DNA of 64,000 bases from Minisyncoccota bacterium (GTDB lineage: Bacteria > Patescibacteriota > Minisyncoccia > Phycocordibacterales > UBA9973): positions 295,978-359,977 of the forward strand of contig JBAZSZ010000001.1 of assembly GCA_041662205.1 (NCBI GenBank), written 5' to 3'. The notes below the pieces were generated by a model. That model was not told where the DNA came from. It saw only the letters and a list, made by a program, of their open reading frames with translations, and made no database searches. Shown one piece after another: positions 20,041-29,023 of this stretch. Numbering within the stretch: position 1 is the first letter of the stretch; every line of letters starts with the position of its first letter. The position numbers and the translations under genes were made by a program.

Positions 20041-20472
20041 TTAACGTTTTGACCACTGAGGTGCCTTACGAGCTTTCTTGAGGCCGAATTTTCTACGTTC
20101 TTTAGCTCTCGGATCACGTTTTAGAAAACCTAATTTTTTCAAACTATCACGCAGGGTAGCATCTGATTCTATAAGAGCTCGAGCAAGTCCATGACGGACT
20201 GCCTCTGACTGAGAATGAATCCCACCACCTGAGACATGCGCTTCTACCTCCCATTTTATATCCGATTTTGTTCCGCTAGTTGATGTTCCTTTGATCATCG
20301 GATCTAAAATTAAACGACGCTGATCTTCCGTTTTAAAATATTCTTTGGCATCTTTACCATTTACTATAAAATGAGACTTAGCTGCTTTTGTGATACGCAC
20401 CCTAGCAGTAGAAGTTTTTCTTCTTCCTACGGCTTCAATATATTTTTCTTTTTTTACTGTATCTTTATCCAT
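20041..20472 (-). CDS. rpsI: 30S ribosomal protein S9
   Basis: GRRKTSTARV; RDPRAKERRKFGLKKARKAPQWSKR. Confidence 0.98.
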   Translation of the reverse strand: MDKDTVKKEKYIEAVGRRKTSTARVRITKAAKSHFIVNGKDAKEYFKTEDQRRLILDPMIKGTSTSGTKSDIKWEVEAHVSGGGIHSQSEAVRHGLARALIESDATLRDSLKKLGFLKRDPRAKERRKFGLKKARKAPQWSKR

Positions 20473-20477
20473 AATTT

Positions 20478-20849
20478 TTAGTCTTCAATTGTTAAGTTTT
20501 TCATCATAATTCTTCGTAATTTATTTCCAGGAAGCATTTGATATGTCGCAAGTTTAATCAATTCTTTCAATCCTTTTTTTTCTGCTGTTTCTGTACCTTT
20601 TAAAATACGAAGACCGCCAGGAATACCTGAGTATCTAGTATGATAAATTTCGGCTAATTTTTTGGTGGTAATACGAAGCTTGCTTGCATTGACTACTTTC
20701 ACCGGAAAGCCAGAATAAACATTACGCTCAAAAGTCGCCTTAGTTTTACCCATCAAAGACATCGCTACTTCACTGGCCACTCTTCCTAATGTTCGTCCGC
20801 TAGCATCTATCGTTTTCACCTCTTTAGTTTTATTTTTTTCTGTTTTCAT
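20478..20849 (-). CDS. rplM: 50S ribosomal protein L13 (short form)
   Basis: IDASGRTLGRVASEVA..LMGK; YSGIPGGL; adjacent to rpsI. Confidence 0.93.
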   Translation of the reverse strand: MKTEKNKTKEVKTIDASGRTLGRVASEVAMSLMGKTKATFERNVYSGFPVKVVNASKLRITTKKLAEIYHTRYSGIPGGLRILKGTETAEKKGLKELIKLATYQMLPGNKLRRIMMKNLTIED

Positions 20850-20864
20850 TATTAAAAATTAAAT

Positions 20865-21218
20865 TTAGACAAATTCTATTATTGCCATCTTGGCGCCATC
20901 CGACTTTCTAGCTCCTAATTTTAAAATTCTTGTATAACCACCTTTTTTATCAGCATATTTTGGAGCAATAACATCAAAAAGTTTCTTAACTTCAGAGCTA
21001 CGATTTGAAAGCCTTGCAATTATCAGTCTGCGAGTAGCTAAACTACCTCCCTTTGCACGAGTTACAAGTTTCTCCATAAAAGGTCGAAGTTCGCGTGCTT
21101 TAGGTTCAGTCGTTTTTATTTTTTCACGCACAATCAAATTAAGTGCTAAGGAATTCAAAAGAGCTTTCTTCTGATTTTTATTTCTGCCGAATTTTCTAAC
21201 ATTATTATGGTGTCGCAT
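20865..21218 (-). CDS. rplQ: 50S ribosomal protein L17
   Basis: MRH start, IKTTEPKA, GGYTRILK. Confidence 0.97.
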   Translation of the reverse strand: MRHHNNVRKFGRNKNQKKALLNSLALNLIVREKIKTTEPKARELRPFMEKLVTRAKGGSLATRRLIIARLSNRSSEVKKLFDVIAPKYADKKGGYTRILKLGARKSDGAKMAIIEFV

Positions 21219-21222
21219 AGAA

Positions 21223-22209
21223 TTATTCTTTTAAATTTAAACCAAATTTATTTAAAACTTTTTTAATTTCTGTAATACCTTTTTCTCCAATACCTTCAAT
21301 CTCAAGTAAATCCTCCCTCTTTTTTCGAGCAAGACCTCCAAGAGTTCGAATATTTGCAGAAGTAAGCGCATTCAGTGTTCTAGTAGATAGATCAAGGCTA
21401 TCTGTGCGAGTTTTTAAAACATCAACAAAATCAGCTCCTTTTTTGTCTTCTGCTTCTTCTTTTTCTCCTTTTGAAACTTTTTTATTTCCACCAATCAATG
21501 TACTGGTTTCTTCTTCCGTTTCCTTGAAATCAATGATGGCTTTAAGTTGATTTATCATAATTTCGATAGAACGGGAAAGAGCTTCTCGAGCAGAAAGTGT
21601 ACCATCTGTCTCAATTGAAATTCTTAGACGGTTGTGGTTTGTTTTATCACCGACACGCATATTTTCAACTTCATAAGCAACTCTACGAATCGGAGAGAAA
21701 ATCGCATCAACAGCGATAGTACCGACATCTACTTTTTCTTTTTGAAACGCTTCTTTTGCGATAAAACCTAAACCTTTTTCAATCCTCATTTCTATATTTA
21801 AATTTACTTTACCAGTAACTTCTACTATATGGAGTTCAGGGTTTAAAATTTCTACTTGTCCTCCAGTTTTTATATCTCCTGCTAAAACATCTTTGGGACC
21901 TTTTATAGAAAGTGTAACTACTTGAGGTTCATCGGAAATCATTTTAAAACGAGTCTTTTTCAAATTTAAAATCATTACAATAACATCTTCTTTGATACCA
22001 TCCATGGTTTGAAATTCATGACTTACTCCATCAATCTTGATAGAAGTGATACTAGCACCAGGAAGTGAAGAAAGAATTATTCTTCTTAGACTGTTTCCTA
22101 ATGTATGGCCATATCCAGGGTAAAGACCATCTATTTCAAATACTCCTTTATTGCCCTCCTCTAAAACAACACGAGGCTTAGAAGGCATAATAATTTTATA
22201 TTCAGGCAT
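21223..22209 (-). CDS. rpoA: RNA polymerase alpha subunit (start taken at MPEYK)
   Basis: GYGHTLGNSLRRIILSSLPG, DAIFSPI, alpha-CTD LSTRTLNAL. Confidence 0.97.
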   Translation of the reverse strand: MPEYKIIMPSKPRVVLEEGNKGVFEIDGLYPGYGHTLGNSLRRIILSSLPGASITSIKIDGVSHEFQTMDGIKEDVIVMILNLKKTRFKMISDEPQVVTLSIKGPKDVLAGDIKTGGQVEILNPELHIVEVTGKVNLNIEMRIEKGLGFIAKEAFQKEKVDVGTIAVDAIFSPIRRVAYEVENMRVGDKTNHNRLRISIETDGTLSAREALSRSIEIMINQLKAIIDFKETEEETSTLIGGNKKVSKGEKEEAEDKKGADFVDVLKTRTDSLDLSTRTLNALTSANIRTLGGLARKKREDLLEIEGIGEKGITEIKKVLNKFGLNLKE

Positions 22210-22244
22210 AATAATTTTTATAATTAATTTGTAATAATACTTGC

Positions 22245-22274
22245 CCACTCTGCCCCGCGAGCGGGGCAGAGTGG
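22245..22274. repeat. GC-rich perfect hairpin between rpsD and rpoA
   Basis: ccactctgccccgc-ga-gcggggcagagtgg. Confidence 0.75.
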
Positions 22275-22280
22275 AATAAT

Positions 22281-22883
22281 TTAACGACTATAAAACTCCA
22301 GGACAGCATTAATATTAAGAAAGGTTTCAATATTTTTTGGCTTGGCTAAAATGCGTCCTTCCATATTATTTAAATCGAAACTAACCCAAGTCGGAGCTGT
22401 GTAATCTTTAAGTTTATCTGTAAGATTTTCAAAAATTTTCTTTGCTTTACTTCCTTCACGAATTTTTATAACATCTCCAATTTTTACTTCATAAGAAGGA
22501 ACGGTAGTTCTATGATTATTTACAACGAAATGCCCATGGGAGACCATTTGCCTAGCTGCGCGACGAGAGGCTGCAAGACCCATTCGATAAATCACATTAT
22601 CAAGACGAGACTCAAGTCCTTCATAAAGTTTCTCTGCAGTTCCGGCACCCTTTACGCCAGAAACTTTTTTAACATAATTAGAAAGTTGACGTTCTGATAT
22701 ACCATATGAAAAACGTATCTTTTGCTTTTCGATAAGCTGTACACCATATTCTGTAGGAGCCTTTGGACGCTTGCCTCCAGGTAAGGTTTTAAGAGAAGAA
22801 GCTGAAAATTTACTAGTTTGACATTTGTCATAAACACCTGGGCCAAGTCTTCTACAAATTTTAAATTTTGGTTTTGATATCAT
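22281..22883 (-). CDS. rpsD: 30S ribosomal protein S4
   Basis: QLIEKQK, LESRLDNVIYRMG, ARQMVSHGH, EFYSR. Confidence 0.98.
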   Translation of the reverse strand: MISKPKFKICRRLGPGVYDKCQTSKFSASSLKTLPGGKRPKAPTEYGVQLIEKQKIRFSYGISERQLSNYVKKVSGVKGAGTAEKLYEGLESRLDNVIYRMGLAASRRAARQMVSHGHFVVNNHRTTVPSYEVKIGDVIKIREGSKAKKIFENLTDKLKDYTAPTWVSFDLNNMEGRILAKPKNIETFLNINAVLEFYSR

Positions 22884-22891
22884 AAATTTTT

Positions 22892-23326
22892 TTATACTCT
22901 TCTTGGCTTCTTAGCTTTTGGACCATTGTGAGGAACTGGAGTTGCATCTAATATGGAAGTAATTTCTATACCATGAGCCATAAAGGCTCTAACAGCAGGC
23001 TCCCGACCAGACCCAACACCCAAGATAACCACATCAGCATCTTTTACACCAAGAGCTTCTGCTTTACCGCCAATAATATCTCCTACCTTTCCGGCTGCAA
23101 ATGGAGTTCCCTTTTTTGCTCCTCTAAAACCTAAGCTTCCAGCACTTGACCAAAATAAGGTATTGCCTAATTTATCTGAAAAAAGAACTTTCGTATTATT
23201 AAAGGTAGCTTCAACATGTAAAACACCAGAATTAATTTTCTTTTTTGCTGTTTTTGATGAAACTTTTTTTGTTTCTTCTATCCCAGCTTCCTCTTTTTTT
23301 TCTTCAGTTATTTTTGTTTTTGGCAT
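22892..23326 (-). CDS. rpsK: 30S ribosomal protein S11
   Basis: TFNNT, KKGTPFAA, TPVPHNG, KPRRV. Confidence 0.97.
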   Translation of the reverse strand: MPKTKITEEKKEEAGIEETKKVSSKTAKKKINSGVLHVEATFNNTKVLFSDKLGNTLFWSSAGSLGFRGAKKGTPFAAGKVGDIIGGKAEALGVKDADVVILGVGSGREPAVRAFMAHGIEITSILDATPVPHNGPKAKKPRRV

Positions 23327-23359
23327 TCGTAATTCGTAATTTATAATTCGTAATTGATC

Positions 23360-23740
23360 TTATGTCTTACTTTCTTTTCTCTTTCCTGAGGCCATTGTTT
23401 TTCTAACATTACCTCTAATGGTTCTGGAATTAGTTTTAGTGCGTTGTCCACGAACAGGCAATCTTTTCATGTGGCGTACTCCTCGATAACTTTTTATGTC
23501 TTTCAGTCTTTTTATATTTGCAGATATTTCTCTTTTTAGATTTCCTTCAATCGATATTTTCTCTACGATAGAACGAATACTATTTTCTTCATCTAAAGTT
23601 AAATCTTTAGCTTTTTTCCCGTGATCAATATTAACTTGATCTAGAATTTTACGAGCAGAAGAAATACCTATACCATATAAGCAAGTTAAGCCAATCTCGA
23701 GTCTTTTTTCATTTGGTACTGTAATTCCTAATATTCTCAT
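23360..23740 (-). CDS. rpsM: 30S ribosomal protein S13
   Basis: YRGVRH..LPVRGQRTKTN. Confidence 0.98.
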   Translation of the reverse strand: MRILGITVPNEKRLEIGLTCLYGIGISSARKILDQVNIDHGKKAKDLTLDEENSIRSIVEKISIEGNLKREISANIKRLKDIKSYRGVRHMKRLPVRGQRTKTNSRTIRGNVRKTMASGKRKESKT

Positions 23741-23743
23741 AAA

Positions 23744-23854
23744 TTATTGTTTTTGTTTATGTTTAGGGTTAGAGCAAATTATTCTTAAATGTCTGGCTCT
23801 TTTAACCATTTTACAATTGGCGCAAATTTTTTTTATTGCTGATTTTATTTTCAT
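23744..23854 (-). CDS. rpmJ: 50S ribosomal protein L36 (absent from the ORF track)
   Basis: Manual translation MKIKSAIKKICANCKMVKRARHLRIICSNPKHKQKQ between infA and rpsM. Confidence 0.95.
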   Translation of the reverse strand: MKIKSAIKKICANCKMVKRARHLRIICSNPKHKQKQ

Positions 23855-23991
23855 AAAAATTTTTAATCGAAAAATAAGATTTTAAACAACGTAAAAGAAA
23901 AATAGGGAAAATACCCTTATTTTTTAATACTATAACTCTCTAAAACTCACAATTAATATAATACACTATTATTAAAAAAATTACAACCTAA

Positions 23992-24225
23992 TTACAATCT
24001 TTTGATTATTCTGCCCTTTCCGCCATACGGATCAAGCACCATCTCAACTGAATCCCCAATCAAAACTTTGATTCTATGCATACGCATTTTTCCTCCTAAG
24101 TATGCAAGAATTTCTTTCGGGTCCTCTGTTTTGTCTTCAACTTTTACTCTAAATAAAGTAGAAGGTAAAGCTTCAGTGACGACTCCTCTAGCTGTTACTA
24201 TTTTTTCCTTTCTTGGGTCACTCAT
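23992..24225 (-). CDS. infA: Translation initiation factor IF-1
   Basis: GVVTEALP, GKMRMHRIKVLIGDSV, KGRII. Confidence 0.96.
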   Translation of the reverse strand: MSDPRKEKIVTARGVVTEALPSTLFRVKVEDKTEDPKEILAYLGGKMRMHRIKVLIGDSVEMVLDPYGGKGRIIKRL

Positions 24226-24301
24226 GTATATAATTTAATTATAATAAAATTAAAGAAAAGAGTCAATATAAAATATATTATTAGATTAAACAGTAGTTAT
24301 T

Positions 24302-25555
24302 TTATTTTTTATAATCCATAATAACTTTTATATTTTTTATTTTACTTGGGAGAGACTGTATCCAAGGAGGATTTAATTTTACCAAGGTTGAATCAATATT
24401 GGGATACTGCGACAAAATTTGGTTAAAATCTTTTTTTGGTTTATTTAATAAATCAGCTGTGAATTTATCAACATCGAGTTTCCAAACAATTTTTGCGGAC
24501 CCTGATAAATTAAAATTTATACTTTTTACACTATCAAATAAAACATTCTCCTTATCAGAAAGAGAGAAAATTAAATCTTTAATATTCGGTATATAAACTT
24601 CGCTGCCATCATATTTATCAAAATTATCTTTTGCAATTTTTTGAGTCAATCTCTGTTCATTGAAAATAATACCGTAAAGAGTTCCCTTGAGAGTTAAAAC
24701 TACTGAACCGAGAGGAGATACTGGACCAGTTATAAAATCATCAATTTTAAAAAATGTAGCATCTTTGTATAATAAAAATCCTGGAATTTGACTCGAAATT
24801 TCATTAAAAAGTTTATTTTCTAAAATTTTCTTTAATTCCCCTTCAGTTTCTATCTTTTGTATATCACTAACTTGATGTGATTTACCAATAATCCCACCAG
24901 TAATATCTCCTACTGACCTACCATAAAACTTTTCATATTTTACCGTCCCCTTAAAACCAGCAATTTTAAAATCAAGCGGAGTACTATTATAATCCGCTCC
25001 TTCTTTTTCCGCATAAATATCTACACTGACTTGCCCCGGAGTACCATTTTTACTCATACCTGGAATGGTGACTTTCGTACTCGTTTTGTACATTTTATTA
25101 TTTGACCCATCGAGACGTGTATTGATCGCTAATGATTGAGAAGATACACTAAATTTATTAAAAAGAATGATCGTACCTTTAGCCTTTTCATTAAAATCTT
25201 TTTCTTCTAAGGTAATGGTCTTGGATGCATCTCCAGAGATATGAGTAAGCTCAAAAGGTAAAACATCAACACCTGCATCTAAACCAGCAGACAAATTTTT
25301 ATTTAAAACAATATCTTTTGTTTTTAGATTTACAAAAACTTCCGCTTTTGAAAATAAAGAGGATAAAGCAAAAAAACAAAATACTACAGAAACTGATGCT
25401 ACAAACCAAAGTAGATATCTATATTTATTTTTAGAATGCTTGACCTCTACATCAGCTGAATAAACTAAGTGCTCTATTTTTTTCGGCTCTTTTTGGGGAA
25501 TATTCTTCTTATTATTTTTTACCCTTACCATGTCTTCTAAGAAATGTTTAGGCAT
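24302..25555 (-). CDS. Single-TM conserved hypothetical protein (baseplate-J-like region in CPR homologues)
   Basis: One TM near the N-terminus; KAKGTIILFN, AEKEGADYN, GDITGG motifs; follows the FtsA-like gene. Confidence 0.55.
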   Translation of the reverse strand: MPKHFLEDMVRVKNNKKNIPQKEPKKIEHLVYSADVEVKHSKNKYRYLLWFVASVSVVFCFFALSSLFSKAEVFVNLKTKDIVLNKNLSAGLDAGVDVLPFELTHISGDASKTITLEEKDFNEKAKGTIILFNKFSVSSQSLAINTRLDGSNNKMYKTSTKVTIPGMSKNGTPGQVSVDIYAEKEGADYNSTPLDFKIAGFKGTVKYEKFYGRSVGDITGGIIGKSHQVSDIQKIETEGELKKILENKLFNEISSQIPGFLLYKDATFFKIDDFITGPVSPLGSVVLTLKGTLYGIIFNEQRLTQKIAKDNFDKYDGSEVYIPNIKDLIFSLSDKENVLFDSVKSINFNLSGSAKIVWKLDVDKFTADLLNKPKKDFNQILSQYPNIDSTLVKLNPPWIQSLPSKIKNIKVIMDYKK

Positions 25556-25559
25556 AAAA

Positions 25560-26759
25560 TTATACTTGCCCCGATATGGCGGGGTAAATTAAAAAACGAT
25601 TAATATAAACAGAATCAATGACTGAAAAAGGTTCACGAAATACATTCTCTTTAAATACTACATTTCCTTCGAGTATCTTTGAATTTAAGAAAATAATCTC
25701 AAACTTTGATTCTGTTAAAGTGTATTGGCTAAATTGCTCAGTTTTTATTGTTTCAGAAAAAAAATCTACTAAATCTTTATCGATAACTATATATATAGTC
25801 GATGGAATAGAAATGTCATTCGATAAATTAGCTAAAGAGTCTTGAAATTTATTCAACCATTCTGTTCTTAATTTATTTAAAATTATTGTGAGTTTTTTGG
25901 CTATTGCTTCTTCTGCATGTCCATCTTTAAAAAGAGAAATAAAAGATTCAGCTTCGCTCAAGGAACAATTTAAATCTAAAGCGACTCCACGTGTTAGAAA
26001 ATTACACCCGAGAGGAAAAGACGCCGACTCACGCATTATATCCTTCTTTACCATAGAAATATCGGTCACCTCTCCACCTATTTCTAATAAAAGAAAGTTC
26101 TCTTGTTTTTTATATATATCACGCACTGTTGTAAAAAAAGATAATAAAAAAGAAACAAATTTTATTTGTTTAAAGTGAAAATATTTACCTATTGTATCCT
26201 CAATTTCTTTTAGTATTTGTTCTCCGCTCATAGAAATAAAAATATTCATTTCTAATTCCTTAATTTTTTTATTTAAAGATTCAGATGTTTCATAACCATT
26301 TAATGTTATTTTGATATTTTTGAGTTCGATCATTCGGACTTTATTTTTATAATTACCGAATTCAAGAGCATTTTCCTCTTCAAGAAGTTTTATTTCTTTT
26401 TGTATTAATTCATCAGCTAATTTTTCAGTAAATATAAAAGGAGTATTTTTCTTTAAATTGATTATTCTTGTTTGAGAAACACACCAAGGTGAAGATAATA
26501 CACAAAAAACATGTGAGGGTGCGCCCAAGCCTGCTTTGTAAATTTTTTCAACAACAATTTCTAGTGATTTTATTGTTGATAATAAAAAATTATTAATATC
26601 AACTTTTTCTTCTATTTTTATCAACTCTTTAATAGAGAAAATTATTTTAGGAGTTCCAGAATTTTGAGCTTCAAAAAGTGCTCCCTCTATAGAGGAAGAT
26701 CCAATATTAAAAACTAACACTAATTCACTTTTTTCTTTAAGTTTAGAAAAAATACTCAT
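25560..26759 (-). CDS. Divergent FtsA/PilM-like actin-fold protein
   Basis: FNIGSSSI and LLEIGGEVTDI resemble actin phosphate-1 and -2 loops; FPLGCNFLT. Confidence 0.6.
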   Translation of the reverse strand: MSIFSKLKEKSELVLVFNIGSSSIEGALFEAQNSGTPKIIFSIKELIKIEEKVDINNFLLSTIKSLEIVVEKIYKAGLGAPSHVFCVLSSPWCVSQTRIINLKKNTPFIFTEKLADELIQKEIKLLEEENALEFGNYKNKVRMIELKNIKITLNGYETSESLNKKIKELEMNIFISMSGEQILKEIEDTIGKYFHFKQIKFVSFLLSFFTTVRDIYKKQENFLLLEIGGEVTDISMVKKDIMRESASFPLGCNFLTRGVALDLNCSLSEAESFISLFKDGHAEEAIAKKLTIILNKLRTEWLNKFQDSLANLSNDISIPSTIYIVIDKDLVDFFSETIKTEQFSQYTLTESKFEIIFLNSKILEGNVVFKENVFREPFSVIDSVYINRFLIYPAISGQV

Positions 26760-26794
26760 GCGATAATTGTATCACAAAAAAGACTACCAGAAAA

Positions 26795-28531
26795 CTAAAA
26801 AAGTACAGCTTTAATACGTCGTATTCCGTGAGCCACTGCTTCTTCCTTTTGAATTTTAAATTTACCTAATTCACCAGTATTAGAAACATGCGGGCCACCG
26901 CAAAATTCTCTACTAAAATATCCGGTTTTTTCATCTCCTACGGAATAAACTTTAACCACTTCACCATATTTTTCGTTAAAAGAATGCGCGGCAATTTTCT
27001 CGGCATCAGCTTTAGGCATTTCTACAAAACTAACTGACAATTTCTCAGCAATTTTATCATTAACAATTTCTTCTACTTTTTTCTTTTCTTCTTCAGTCAT
27101 TTTTTGTATATGAGTAAAATCAAAACGCAATCGCTCCCCAGTAATATTACTCCCCTTTTGCATGACGTGATTGCCGAGAACCTGCTTGAGGGCAGCATTT
27201 AATAGATGTGTGGCAGTATGTAATTTTTTAGCTTCTTCTCCACTATCCGCCAATCCTCCCTTAAACATTCCAGCTGAAGCAGTTTGGGAAAGTTTCTGAT
27301 GCTCTGTCATTTTTTTATCAAAATCATCACGATCAATTACAATACCTTTTTCTTTTGCTAATTCTTCAGTAAGTTCTACTGGAAAACCATAAGTAGTGGA
27401 TAAAATAAAAGGATCAGTACCCTTTTCAAACTCTTTTAAACCCTGCAAAATTGTTTGATTAAATTTATTTGATTCATCTTTGATAACATTTTTTATATAC
27501 TCAGATTTTTCCTTAATATTTTTATATATATTTCCGTATTTTATTACAATCACATCTACTAAAGAAGAAACCTCAGCATCCTTCATTTTGTGTTCAGAAA
27601 AACAGAAAATTGCTCGACGTATTAATCTGCGAAGTACATAACCTTGATCTTTATTGGATGGAATCACACCATCAGAAATTAAAAACACACTAGCTCGAAT
27701 ATGGTCTGCGATAATTCTTTTTTTTCCTATATCTTGACCCACAGATATCAACACCGCACTAATATCAGAAAACAAATCAGTATCATATGCGGTTTTTTTC
27801 CCTTGCATCACAGCAGTAATTCTTTCTAGCCCAGCACCAGTATCTACATTTTTCTGTTTTAATTTCCCAATAACTTTTCCATCTTTCTTTTCAAATTCCA
27901 TAAAAACGTCATTCCAAATCTCTATAACATCTTCTTTCTTTACTGCACCTAAAAATTCTTCTTTAGATAAATCTCCAACGACACCAGACATATCGTAAAA
28001 CATTTCACTACAGGGCCCACATGGACCATTGTCTCCTGGGCTCCACCAATTATCATCCGCTGGTAAAGCATAAATACGATTTTCCGAAATACCCATACTC
28101 ATCCAAATATCTTTTGATTCTTGGTCAAATGGAGCATTTTCGTCACCTTCAAATATTGTAAAATATAAACGATTTGTATCTAATCCTAAGCCTTCTTCTT
28201 TAGAAGTTAGAAATTCATAGCTCCATTTTATAGCATCTTCTTTAAAATAATCCCCTAGAGACCAATTGCCCAACATTTCAAAAAAAGAAAAATGGCGATT
28301 GTCTCCAATATCATCCAAGTCTCCTGTACGCACACATTTTTGGACATTCACTAGTCTATTTCCCATTGGATGCACTTCTCCTAAAAGATAGGGTACGAGA
28401 GGTTGCATTCCGGCCGTATTAAACAAAACAGAAGGATCATTTTCTGGCACTAGTGAAGCCGAAGGAATAATTTTATGTCCTCGATTCTCAAAAAATTTTA
28501 AAAATTTTAATCTAATTTCATCTGATTGCAT
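26795..28531 (-). CDS. alaS: Alanine--tRNA ligase (lacks C-Ala domain)
   Basis: FNTAGMQP, FEMLGNWS, DTGAGLER, editing HTATH and CGGPH. Confidence 0.97.
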   Translation of the reverse strand: MQSDEIRLKFLKFFENRGHKIIPSASLVPENDPSVLFNTAGMQPLVPYLLGEVHPMGNRLVNVQKCVRTGDLDDIGDNRHFSFFEMLGNWSLGDYFKEDAIKWSYEFLTSKEEGLGLDTNRLYFTIFEGDENAPFDQESKDIWMSMGISENRIYALPADDNWWSPGDNGPCGPCSEMFYDMSGVVGDLSKEEFLGAVKKEDVIEIWNDVFMEFEKKDGKVIGKLKQKNVDTGAGLERITAVMQGKKTAYDTDLFSDISAVLISVGQDIGKKRIIADHIRASVFLISDGVIPSNKDQGYVLRRLIRRAIFCFSEHKMKDAEVSSLVDVIVIKYGNIYKNIKEKSEYIKNVIKDESNKFNQTILQGLKEFEKGTDPFILSTTYGFPVELTEELAKEKGIVIDRDDFDKKMTEHQKLSQTASAGMFKGGLADSGEEAKKLHTATHLLNAALKQVLGNHVMQKGSNITGERLRFDFTHIQKMTEEEKKKVEEIVNDKIAEKLSVSFVEMPKADAEKIAAHSFNEKYGEVVKVYSVGDEKTGYFSREFCGGPHVSNTGELGKFKIQKEEAVAHGIRRIKAVLF

Positions 28532-28537
28532 ATAACT

Positions 28538-29023
28538 TTATTTCTTTGGTTGATCTATCCCTTCAGAAATTTTCCTAATAGGTTTTTCAATTATATTTAT
28601 TAAAATTAATATTGAAAGTACTAGGATAGTAACAAGAATTGCTAAATTATAAAATCCAAAACCAGCAGCCATACCGATACCTGCAGTCACCCAAAGTCCA
28701 CCAGCCGTAGTGAGACCCCGAAGCTGGGAACCATAAAGCATTATCGAACCAGCCCCCAGAAAACCAATACCCACAACAATTTGAGATGGAATCATCGTCG
28801 GACTAAGACCAGGAAAATTAATATATTTTTGAATCATCGCTTCTGAAATTAATACAAAAACTGCTGAACCCAAAGAAACCAGAGCGTGCGTTTTCATCCC
28901 AGCATCTTTGTGGACGAAAAATCTTTCTGCTCCTACTAAAAGACCTAGACCTACTGCTGTCACCAATTTTAAAATAACTTCACTATTTTGTATAAAAAAT
29001 TGTTCCATTGAATGATTATACAA
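28538..29023 (-). CDS. MgtC/SapB family membrane protein
   Basis: AGMKTHALV, QIVVGIGFLGAG, GLTTAGGLW. Confidence 0.9.
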   Translation of the reverse strand: MYNHSMEQFFIQNSEVILKLVTAVGLGLLVGAERFFVHKDAGMKTHALVSLGSAVFVLISEAMIQKYINFPGLSPTMIPSQIVVGIGFLGAGSIMLYGSQLRGLTTAGGLWVTAGIGMAAGFGFYNLAILVTILVLSILILINIIEKPIRKISEGIDQPKK

